From Paramoeba atlantica (lineage: Eukaryota; Protista; Discosea), in contig CDRNVI010000049.1 in NCBI GenBank assembly GCA_977017575.1, positions 62,001 to 126,000 of the forward strand: a DNA stretch of 64,000 bases. The letters are read 5' to 3'. Positions 55,021-64,000 of this stretch are shown here, in pieces. The number at the start of each line of letters is the position of its first letter. The stretch's first letter is position 1. The position numbers and the translations under genes are program-made. The notes beneath the pieces were generated by a model that saw only the letters and a list, made by a program, of their open reading frames with translations, searched no databases and was not told the origin of the DNA.

Positions 55021-55949
55021 TAAACCCCCCACAGCGAATAAGTCACCCCCCTCTTTTTTTTGTACAACGAGGCTTAGGGGGGTTGCGGCACCACTTTTTC
55101 GTTCAAAATTTTGAGATCTGCACGTTCCCGCTGTTTTTAGACCTCTTCACAGATAACAAATTAAAACTCATTTTTTTAATGACGTTTTTACATAGTCATG
55201 CCAATATTACCCGAAAAATCTCATGTTCCTCGACCAGCGGGGGAGAAGGGGGTCAACATGAAAATGGTGTCACAGATCTTCGCTAGGGGAACGAGATCTC
55301 TCGATTGCAACAAAAATGATCAAAAACAGATAACAAACATTCAATTTGTCACGTGGTGGAATATTTGTCTTTGATTGTTTCTTTCTTGAAACGGTGATTA
55401 ATCAACTTTTTTAAGCTGTCACCTTTACTTTTTGCTTGAAGGGGCCTAAGGGGGTTAATATATCATTTTCTCGTTCAAAATTCTGAGATCTACACGTTCC
55501 CACCATTTTTAGATAATTTTAGAAACTGAAAAAGAATATAGTTTTTAGGTTCTATTTTTTTGCATCGTCATAACACACTAATTTAAGAAAACAAACACTC
55601 CGCGGCCAGGGGGCACAAGTGGGTCAATATTAAAGAATAGCGGCAAAGATTTTTGCTAGGAGAACGAGATCTCTCGTTCGCAACAAAAATCAGCAAAAAC
55701 GGACAAAAATAATTGAATTTCTCATGGGAGGAGAAGATTTATTTTGTTAAAGTGTGAGAAATTGGTCTCTTGAAAAATGTGAAGAAAGTGATAATCCATC
55801 TATCGGATGCACGCATTTGAGATCCTTGGTGCCATGCTATAACGCGCAAAGTCTTTGTGTTGGGAACAGCAAAATGCAACACAAATGAGCTCAAACGGAC
55901 ACTTGGCTGAAAAGTTAGAGGGGGGTGACTTTTCGCTGTGGGGGGTTTA
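55021..55949. mobile_element. Non-autonomous TIR element (about 930 bp) with two internal diverged direct repeats
   Basis: TAAACCCCCCACAGCGAA(T/A)AGTCACCCCCCTCT at both ends in inverted orientation; TA flanks; internal duplicated GAACGAGATCTCTCG..GCAACAAAAAT. Confidence 0.8.
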
Positions 55950-56205
55950 TATTAAATAGTTATATATTAAATACTTAAATCTATGACTCTCGATTTGTCC
56001 GAAGGAGCGTCTGTGTTGCTCGGTCGCAATCCTATGTCGTAATGCATATTGCACTGCCGGATCCCAGGAGTTCTTCTAGAACTCGCGTTTTCACCAAGTC
56101 TTTTCTTCCACGTAATTTCAACCAGGACAGGTGGAATCGGTCGGGATCGTAAATCTCTAGTTCCAACCCTCTAAGTATATCATTTATGCCCGCTTTCTTA
56201 AAGAA

Positions 56206-56905
56206 TCACCGGACGCTTCGAGTAGAGGCCTTGTGTTTACTTTTTATTTCTTCCACAGTAACTGTTTTTCGGGGCCTTCCGATGTTCTTCACAAGCTGGA
56301 GAGGAAATTTTCGCCAGGGAATTGGGAAAGATCCGGACGGAAGACTTGTTCGTCTCGCATTTCTTGTTGAATTGCTGCTTGAATCACGATGATCAGAGAT
56401 ATCCTCAATGTCACTATCGCTTGGAGGGTCTTCAGAAATTTCAACGGTTTCCAAAAGATTTCCAGACTGCTTTCTGTTTGAGATCGTCGATCAATGGACG
56501 TCTCCGTGGCTCATACCCCCACATTTCTCTTCGAATACCAGTGGCATCCCAAGACGCCAAAATGGAACTTTCACTAAGGTCATCTATCGCTTTGGCTAGG
56601 AACGAATATTTTCTTTGACGTGCGATATGTTGAGAAGTGAATACCTTGGCTATGGCGCTATCCGGTTCATGAGACGAAAAAATATCCGAAACAAATTCAT
56701 TCCACATTGACTGCGCCTTTGACTTCAGGCAGGCAATGACATACTGATCAGCAGGTTGGTAAATGTGGGTTAGTCCTTCGGGAACACTGATGATAATGAT
56801 GTTATGTTCCATGCAGATGTCCGCCATGCCTTCGAAGTTGTGTTGCGGGGCAGCATCGAGAATAAGACAAATCGTATCGTTTACTTCGCTTCTACGCTGA
56901 ATAGC
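56206..56905 (-). pseudogene. pogo-family transposase, C-terminal DDE_1 part
   Basis: ICLILDAAPQH...VPEGLTHIYQPADQYVIACLK (35 residues between D2 and D3). Confidence 0.85.
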
Positions 56906-56911
56906 CAACGG

Positions 56912-57874
56912 CGGATTGTCAACACCAAAACACCACTTTTTTTTCAAATGAGAATTTTTTTTGTCATTCCCAGTACACCACGTTTTCCTAAAAACTATAT
57001 TATCATTTCCAATGCACCATCAAATATTCAGAGAAGTACTAAACCACCGTCCGGGTTATTATACCTAGGGACACCTGAGGGGCTGCGAATGACGTAAAGC
57101 GTTGTTTCGCGGTGTTTCAACACTAGGTAAGTCAAAAAGGAAATAAGTTACTTATAAAAGTAGCTATTTTTTATTTGAAATAACCAATGAATGAAAGCAG
57201 AGTAGGCACTCGAGGGGGGCAAAATTCGGGAGTATGCCGCGGTGATCTCCATGCGTAAAAAAGATTAAAAGATTAATGTACTATACATTTCAAAACTGAG
57301 CTTCACACTCATTCGCAAATAATAAAAAAGTTGAACACATTTCAAATACTGTAACCCCCTTTAACGTAGAATAATGCGTTTTGTCTCTATGATAGGGGGG
57401 TTGGGGGGGGGTATATTAAAGGGGGGTTACAGTACTGTACTTGGTGCTGATCTTCTCCACTTTACACTTTCGCACTTTGTATTGTTTTTTTCGCCCGATA
57501 GCGTTTTACTCGAGCTCGGGAAATCGAATGACACTGCCCGATAGGCCCTTTGCAGGGCATTCCACTTGGTCACTTTCCACTTGGTTGCTTTCAGCGCTTG
57601 CTTCGAGGGAAGTGGAAGCTTTCATGCGTTTTTGGCGCCATGCTGCGCATTTTGTAAAGGTGAATAAATTCTTGTCTAATAAAGTTTCTTACTCAAATCT
57701 TACACGTGTACTACGCTTTATTTAAATACTCTGGGTAAATTTTTATGGTGAAAGGAAAAAGGAACGATGTTCGACTATGGTGAGGCGCAGAAAACGGGAA
57801 CGACCATCGACTATGGTGAAAAAAGTGGTGCGCTGGAGTTGACAATGGGGTGGTGCACTGGAGTTGAACATCCG
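56912..57874. mobile_element. Insertion of about 960 bp with imperfect TIRs splitting the pogo transposase; contains an 84-bp mini inverted-repeat element at 57349-57432
   Basis: CGGATTGTCAACACCAAAACACCACTTTT vs AAAAGTGGTGCGCTGGAGTTGACAAT..GTTGAACATCCG; mini element TA|CTGTAACCCCCTTTAA...TTAAAGGGGGGTTACAG|TA. Confidence 0.65.
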
Positions 57875-58739
57875 GGAACTCAACAAAGCACTCAAACCAC
57901 TTTTGAAAGGTGTCGGTGGTTTGAAAGTGAGACTTTTCATTGTGGTGTTGTTGAATTTTTGGATGTTCAGTCTCTACCTGGGCGTGCACTCGATTCGTTT
58001 TTCCCTTCCAAATAATTTGCATGTTTATCAATTCCCCGTTCGCTGATGTGAGGACCGAAGCTGTAAAACCGGCCTTCTTTTCGCGCACAACTATTCGACG
58101 TTTGTCCCTACGAAGATGCCAAGTCCAACGCCGGGTGGAACCGTGTAAAAATGCAAAAAATTCGTCCATATTGTACGTATTCTACTGTTGTGCGGAAGTG
58201 CATTTTAATTCCTTATAGAACTCGCCGCCTACAATCGCCTTCTGCACGTTTGTAACGAGTGTGCTTGTCGCCGAATAAACGCTCGCCCCATGTTTTTGAA
58301 GAAAACAACGAGCCCAGAATGTACTGAACACATGGATTCCACCATTTTTGCGCAAAGAATTTCCTAGCTGACGCTTTCGAAAAGCGGCTATGACAAGGGA
58401 AACGATTAATGATGTGTCAACCGTTTCTCCATTGTCCCGAATCCTAATGAAATTTTCTAGAACCTCGTTTTCACACGACTCCGTTAAAATTGAGACTCTA
58501 CCCCGTTTTCGAGGTGTGAAATACGTCTTACACTCCTTATAGTACGATAGCCAACGACAAACGGAAGAATACGTAACTTTATTTTGGTTTTTAGCAATCC
58601 ATCGTTCCACAGCGCTAGTGCTTCCAAAAGTGCGTGCAAGATATGTTATGGTCTTGATTGCTTCCGTCCCCCAAACTTCGCGAGAGGATGAACGATCGGA
58701 GGACGCAGAACATAAAGTGAGGTCGATGGGGATAGACAT
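57875..58739 (-). pseudogene. pogo-family transposase, N-terminal CENP-B-like HTH and start of DDE_1
   Basis: VTYSSVCRWL, RKRGRVSIL..ENEVLENFIRIRDNG, FSTFWARCFLQKH, NMDEFF, GFTASVLTSANG..QIIWKGKT. Confidence 0.82.
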
Positions 58740-59159
58740 AAAAAAAGGATTTTTTTTCGGGGCTTAAACTAATCTAAATAATCTAAAAAATAACCGTAAT
58801 ATAATCCACTCGTATTTGAATACTTCACTGTAATCCACTCGTAAATTAATAATTTTTGAACACACTTTTTGAGTAACTTTTAGGCGCCCAAGCCATTGGA
58901 TTTGTCTGTGATATTTTTATGAAGGTTTCTGTTTCGTATGAAAGTGAGGTCGATGGTGATAGACATGAAAAGAAGTATTTTTTTTCGCAGCTAAAAAGAA
59001 TCTCAATTAAAAATAACCGTAATTATTAATTATATGTTTAATGATTAAACATAACCGTAATATAATCCACTCGTATTTGAATACTTCACTATCTTTTTCA
59101 TTTCTTATTTCTAAAGAATTGAAGATTGCGAGAAAAAGCGCCACTACGACACTCCGTAT

Positions 59160-59236
59160 TTCGAGAGCTCTCCAGGCGTTATTATTTTCCAAAATTGGAC
59201 AAATTTTACCAATCTGCCTTTTTCGTATACCCCCCG
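59160..59236. mobile_element. Solo right TIR of the Tc1-like family
   Basis: CGAGAGCTCTCCAGGCGTTATTATTTTCCAAAATTGGAC...TTTCGTATACCCCCCG|TA. Confidence 0.65.
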
Positions 59237-59586
59237 TATAGCATATACAGGGCATATAAATTTACATATGTATCCTTTACATTGTATGTATAGAATGTAT
59301 GGCATATGGCAGTGTATGGCATGTATGTATGGCATATGATCCGATGTACACAACAGTACATCTGGTGCTGTGGATGAGGTCCAAACGAGATCACGCGAGA
59401 CAATACTAAACCAAATCAGACAGAACCAAATCAGATAGTAGCGAGTAACACCGCGCAAATAAAACTGTCTGACCGCATCCAGTATTTTTTTAGATTTTAC
59501 CGTTGGGAAAATGTCCTTTTTGACCGGAACGTTTAGTGCTGATCAATCGAATTTATATTGATTATTATTTAAAACAAATACCTCAT

Positions 59587-60465
59587 ATGGCTGAAACACG
59601 GGGTAGAATTCGCACTATAACACTCCCTCTTGAGGTCCAGCTGTACCGCGTTGTGCAGGGGATAAAAAATCCCCATTCTTCTTGGAACACTACAGTACCC
59701 GGATGTGAGTGGGGAGGCGTATATTGTGACAAGAGTGGGATTCTGAATGAGATAAACTGGAGTTGTGGAAAATTTCTGGGTCATATTCAGTTGCAATTTA
59801 TTCCCGAAACGCTGATTAGGTTTGAGTTGGGAGGAAATTTTGGTTATCGGTGGGGCCTATGCAACAATTTAACAGGCGTTGTTCCTTTTGACTCTCTTCC
59901 AGCATCTCTCATCTTCCTTGACGTTTCGGAAAACAATTTTCAGGGAGGTGTCGACCTTACATCACTTCCTATGCAATTTGAACACTTGAACGGGAGAGAG
60001 AATAAGTTTCGAGGGACTTTAGACCTTACCCTCCTTCCCGCTTCTATGGTTCACCTTGAGCTTGCCATGAATAACTTGCATGGGACTTTGAACTTCACTA
60101 ACCTTCCGAGATCTCTCAACTGGCTTACCCTCAACGATAACAATTTTTCGGGTACAATTGATTTTCGTTACTTACCGAAATTGGAAATGCTGTACTTGCG
60201 GTCCAACCAATTCGAAAAATGTGTGGGCTTGAATTCATGTGAATTGTGCTGCTCTTTGCAGACGCAAGGCCATTTCTCCGAAACAGAGCGCCACACACTT
60301 TCCATAAACTTCACCTTGGCGACGGGGAGCAAAGACTCTTTGCTCCCCTCTTTAAGAGGGGATCTTCTTCGAGATCCGCACTGGCCTCTCCAAGGAAGTA
60401 CACGCTCCGGTAACAGACGCTCGGAAGAAGATGCGACGATCAACCACGTGGAACAGGACGCGTAA
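59587..60465 (+). CDS. Leucine-rich repeat protein (C-terminus appears to leave the LRR register)
   Basis: CEWGGVYCD cap; LIFLDVSENNFQGGVDLTSLP, HLELAMNNLHGTLNFTNLP repeats. Confidence 0.85.
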   Translation: MAETRGRIRTITLPLEVQLYRVVQGIKNPHSSWNTTVPGCEWGGVYCDKSGILNEINWSCGKFLGHIQLQFIPETLIRFELGGNFGYRWGLCNNLTGVVPFDSLPASLIFLDVSENNFQGGVDLTSLPMQFEHLNGRENKFRGTLDLTLLPASMVHLELAMNNLHGTLNFTNLPRSLNWLTLNDNNFSGTIDFRYLPKLEMLYLRSNQFEKCVGLNSCELCCSLQTQGHFSETERHTLSINFTLATGSKDSLLPSLRGDLLRDPHWPLQGSTRSGNRRSEEDATINHVEQDA

Positions 60466-60861
60466 TGGACCTGGTGAATTCAATGCCGCACACAGAACGT
60501 GCAATACTTAAAAAGTTGTTCATCGTGCGTTTCACCCGGACTGCGATCCTTCGTTCTAAAAGAACGATTCGTTCCGCACAATAAGTTCCAAAACTAAACA
60601 ATTTTGGAGTAAAAAGTTTACTCGCGGTTTAGTAAATTTGAAAACGATGAAAATCTAAAGAAGTACGCAAACGTAGGTGTTAATTTGAGCTTTATTTTGT
60701 GCAGTGACTTATAATCTTCTTTGGGTGAGATTATCAGCAACCCAGTGAGGGGTCCGAACAGAAGTGTGCAAACTAACGTGATCTATATTAAAAACATATT
60801 GTGTAGCAACGAACTATCTTTATATGATTTATCTTTATTTTGATAATAAATTAATTGGAAT

Positions 60862-61302
60862 ATGGGTTTGACAAGCTTTCGAAAAGCATTATCGCGAGTG
60901 TATCCTGGGTCTTCTTTGCTAACTACAAAGAATGCAGGCAAAGAGGTTCAAAAAACATCACAAGATGGATCCAGTTGGTCTTTAGCTAAATCAGCCTTGA
61001 AGTCGTTTTTGTCACCAGTTGATGACGGGCAAATTTATGGCGGGGAGACAGGAAAAATGCCTATTAATGACTGGGCTTTTTGGTTGGAGCGGACATGGCG
61101 GTGTCCTTGTGGACATACTTTCCGCGCTGCCGGCACGTGGGTTCCCACTGAACCTTCGCTATGTGAAGCGCCCGGATGTCCAAATCCCAGGTTTTTCACT
61201 TTAGAGAAAAACAAGCATCTACTAAAATTGACTCACAGTTCGGATAAATCAATAAAACTTGGAGCGAAAACAAATGTTGCTCCTGGTCCAAAGGGCTCAT
61301 AG
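60862..61302 (+). CDS. Small hypothetical protein with a CxC..CxxxxC putative zinc finger
   Basis: WRCPCGHTF...LCEAPGCPNPRFF; on the same strand as the gene array. Confidence 0.65.
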   Translation: MGLTSFRKALSRVYPGSSLLTTKNAGKEVQKTSQDGSSWSLAKSALKSFLSPVDDGQIYGGETGKMPINDWAFWLERTWRCPCGHTFRAAGTWVPTEPSLCEAPGCPNPRFFTLEKNKHLLKLTHSSDKSIKLGAKTNVAPGPKGS

Positions 61303-61921
61303 CATAGGTACGCTTTCATTACTTGTACAATATTGCATAATGCAATAAAAGGAACCGGAACAGCGTGAAGAGTAGTTTTCCTTGGTATGGGATGTGACGA
61401 TTGTCTCCAAACATACCCTATCTTGTAGCCCTCTGGCTGTTATTTCGGTGGTCAAAAGATTATACATTGTATATGCAGATGTACATGACACATACAGTAC
61501 ATGTACACATGTAGTGCTGACATGTACAGCAGATACACGTACATGTACGTGTGTACTGTAGACGTATTTCGCAGATATACCACGTATCTTGTACCGCGGG
61601 AACCTAGCTGTGCCAGGATTAGTAACTATCGATAATAACTATCGTTTCGTAACATTTGTGGCTAATCTGCTGCTTATTTGCGAAGGGGTTTGTTTCAGCT
61701 ACATGTACTTTTCTTTGTACAAATAGTCAACATACGATTAGCCAGTATTGCTGCTGAAAGCAGTGTAGGTCGTAAAATAATAACTACAATGTAGAAACAG
61801 TAGGGGAGTGATAGACATGCTAGATTTTGAGGTCAAATGCATTTCAAAGTACATCTGCCAAAGTACATTTCAAATGAAAAGTTCAGGAGTAAAAGTACAT
61901 TCACATTTTCATGTTACTGTA

Positions 61922-62746
61922 ATGTCCCGCAATATAATTCTAATTGTCGAGCACTTGGAAGATGGCATTGGTCAATGGACCAAACTTGAATACTTGCATA
62001 TCTTGCAAATTGCAGAAGCGCTATGGAGAGAAACTATTACTAAACAAAAAAACCTTGTTGGAAGGCAATCGGAACAGGCAATCAACTTAGAGATTGTCTT
62101 TTCAAATATGAGCGAGAAGGAATCTAATGAGCTGGGCCAAATCTTCACAACTCCACTAGGAGTCGGTTGTTCGATATTTTCAATCACTATTTCGTCCCTC
62201 ACATGCGCGGAATACGCGATCAGAAAATGTAAAGCTTTTTCAGAAGAATATTCAGCATGTGGAATTCCGCTTGTTTGCGTGTTAGATCCTCAATCCTCAC
62301 ACAGACTCACTGAAGAAATTTTTCCTACGGATGATAAACATGCTGAGACTTCTTCACTACTTGTATTATCCGTAGGTGGCATTCTAGGGGCTCATCCTAT
62401 GGATGGACGAACTTATCGTGAATTGACCTCTACTTTTGGAGAAGCTCTTCATTCTAGTGTTCAGCGCGAATATTTCAAACTTTGCACGGCTCACCTAGGA
62501 CATAAGCAAATGACCACAGATACTGCAGCGATAGTTGCGCTGAAAGTTATTTTGCAAGAAGCGAAACTAGAAGGGCTTGAATACGTCGATGATCCAAAAT
62601 TTCGTCTGTCCAAAATAGAATCTATAAAAATGAACGGATTTAGGTATCTTTGTGACTCGAATAGAAAAGATCTCACGCGTCGAACAGCTCTTTTGCCGAA
62701 AGGCATGCTTGACTACTGGAAATCCGAAGATTTTACTTTGAATTAA
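61922..62746 (+). CDS. SFM1: SFM1-like SPOUT protein-arginine methyltransferase
   Basis: IVEHLE..QWTKLEY, LDPQS, VGGILGAHPMDGRT, HLGHKQMTTDTA, YVDDPKF, MNGFRY; likely start MSRNIILIVEHL. Confidence 0.85.
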   Translation: MSRNIILIVEHLEDGIGQWTKLEYLHILQIAEALWRETITKQKNLVGRQSEQAINLEIVFSNMSEKESNELGQIFTTPLGVGCSIFSITISSLTCAEYAIRKCKAFSEEYSACGIPLVCVLDPQSSHRLTEEIFPTDDKHAETSSLLVLSVGGILGAHPMDGRTYRELTSTFGEALHSSVQREYFKLCTAHLGHKQMTTDTAAIVALKVILQEAKLEGLEYVDDPKFRLSKIESIKMNGFRYLCDSNRKDLTRRTALLPKGMLDYWKSEDFTLN

Positions 62747-62774
62747 AGCCGCACAAGAGTAATAGCTAGAAGTA

Positions 62775-62986
62775 CTGTGCCCCCCACTTCTTTTTCGTAG
62801 TCCCCCCCACCTGAATTGTCCTTTTTGACGAAACTGGGCATGAGGCTTTATCCGAACGCTTTGGAGATTCCTAAAATAATGAAAAAAAGTTTGGGACCTT
62901 TGTTTCATCTAACCAAATAAATTGACCCCCCCACTTAATTGTTCTTTTTTCGAAAAAGTGGTGACAAATAAGTGGGGGGGGCACTG
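62775..62986. mobile_element. Short MITE-like element (about 212 bp)
   Basis: CTGTGCCCCCCACTT vs AAGTGGGGGGGGCACTG; internal repeat CCCCCCCAC.T.AATTGT.CTTTTT..CGAAA. Confidence 0.6.
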
Positions 62987-63603
62987 TGCTTTTTTTTGAG
63001 TTTCTTTATCTTTACCAGGGGGCATGGATGACTCCAACTCGTCGCAGAAGTGTCTAAAAGGGTGACTACGAGTTTGGGATTCATAGTTTTAGCACTTTGG
63101 CGCATGAGTCATGTACAGAAGTCGAATACTCAAATTTGTAAACTCTTTCAGGGAATCTAGTGAATTCTGGGTATCGAAGTGCGATATCGGGTGAGGCACC
63201 GTTTACTTGCCTTCTCAACGTTTATCTCTGGAGGCTGATACCGTCGGGCGACTGAAAGTCTGTTGTTTCAGTAACATTGATTCGCATATTGTTTAGCGCA
63301 TCATTTTCCTTATCCTGAAAACACGACCACAGGGAAAAAAATCGAAAGTCACACGAAAAAACTGAAATCAATTCATTGTTTCAATAATGGAATTTTAATA
63401 ATAAATTAATTTAGCGCTTGTTAACAATAAACGAATATTAACAATAAACGAATCATTCTTTAAATCCTTGCAAAACGTCAAGTCTTGCCAATCGGGGAGT
63501 TTTTTCCCTTTGCACTTTCGTTTCTGAGATTCACAGTTTCTAATCTCTATCTCTACCGTTTACTTCAAAAAATACCGTTTACTCGTTTATACATCACGAA
63601 TTC

Positions 63604-64000
63604 ATGGAGTCTTTTTGCGGCGACAAGGACGCACTGCAATCGTACCTTCATGAAGCGTTCGCTACTATCGAAGCGTGTTCCAAAGCAGCGGCTCAGCTTC
63701 CTCGTGGGGACGAGTTCGACTACGCGAGTGTCTTCGAAGAGTTTTCCACCCCGATACAGCAAAGCACGGAGGCTCTTGTTCAAGTACTACGGTCTTTGTG
63801 GGGGTCGCACTTAGGAGAAAACAGTGAAGTTTTGCAGTCCATTCGAAGCACTCAAAACGCTGCCACACTGCAGTCGATCGTGCTGCAAGGATTGCGCACG
63901 ATGCTAGAAAACGTAGATACCTGTCTCGATGAACTCTCGGGACAGAAAATGAAAGGCGGCGATCAAGAGGCTCTTCAGTTCGACAATAATCAGACTGCCT
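63604..64000 (+). CDS. RRP6: Exosome subunit RRP6, N-terminal PMC2NT region (runs off the window)
   Basis: Hand translation MESFCG...KAAAQLPRGDEFDYASVFEEF...MLENVDTCLDELSG. Confidence 0.7.
   Translation, partial: MESFCGDKDALQSYLHEAFATIEACSKAAAQLPRGDEFDYASVFEEFSTPIQQSTEALVQVLRSLWGSHLGENSEVLQSIRSTQNAATLQSIVLQGLRTMLENVDTCLDELSGQKMKGGDQEALQFDNNQTA

Noticed and set aside
25031-59236. Inward-facing related solo TIRs bracketing 34 kb of genes as a giant composite transposon
   Set aside because: The two ends are substantially diverged, TA flanks are uninformative, and solo ends are expected in such TE-rich DNA.
61478-61565. ACATGT-rich alternating purine-pyrimidine stretch (also TATGGCA repeats at 59290-59340)
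   Set aside because: Short, irregular low-complexity sequence with no second copy or defined ends.
38487-62746. SFM1 and its known yeast substrate RPS3 in the same window as a functional cluster
   Set aside because: They are 23 kb apart with unrelated genes between, and kinetoplastid polycistrons are not functionally organised. The target-like QQRAK context is present, but linkage is not evidence.
1-64000. Spliced-leader RNA gene, rRNA, cis-introns, viral capsid or polymerase genes
   Set aside because: I looked for the SL exon core (CAGTTTCTGTAC), rRNA signatures and capsid/pPolB motifs by eye and found none; identified genes are contiguous ORFs. A by-eye search could miss divergent copies.

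Overview
Eukaryotic nuclear DNA, very likely from a kinetoplastid. The evidence is a trypanosomatid-like EF2 and RPS3, 17 intronless protein genes all on the + strand from 25.6 to 64 kb, and a tRNA placed head-to-head with U6. The LRR genes resemble the family I recall as expanded in Perkinsela-like endosymbionts; that assignment is inference. Layout: (i) 1-2.35 kb, an APE-type LINE remnant and a Pol III cluster (tRNA-Asp, -Gly, -His, -Arg and U6). (ii) 2.4-25.5 kb, a nested transposon graveyard: a hAT that can be reconstructed in frame across two insertions, a foldback/MULE-like element with a 9-bp TSD, ISL2EU/Harbinger, Merlin, Tc1/mariner, a split PIF1/Helitron-type helicase, and a gag-YR-RT/RNaseH (VIPER-order) retrotransposon whose RT ORF is still open. 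(iii) 25.6-64 kb, a unidirectional gene array (CK1, EF2, a 1854-aa LOTUS-like protein, RPL8, RPS3, ECI, NAA30, LRRs, MPV17, NAP, CDC16, RTF1-like, POLD3-like, SFM1, RRP6 5' end) interrupted by two further TE clusters. The most unusual signals are a repeated C/A-rich to G/T-rich skew inversion inside genes at 27-41 kb, the breadth of class II transposons in a kinetoplastid context, two narrow size classes among unrelated TIR elements, and a tandem structured 67-nt repeat with a compensatory change. All calls were made by eye. Repeat boundaries are approximate unless a TSD or TIR is quoted.
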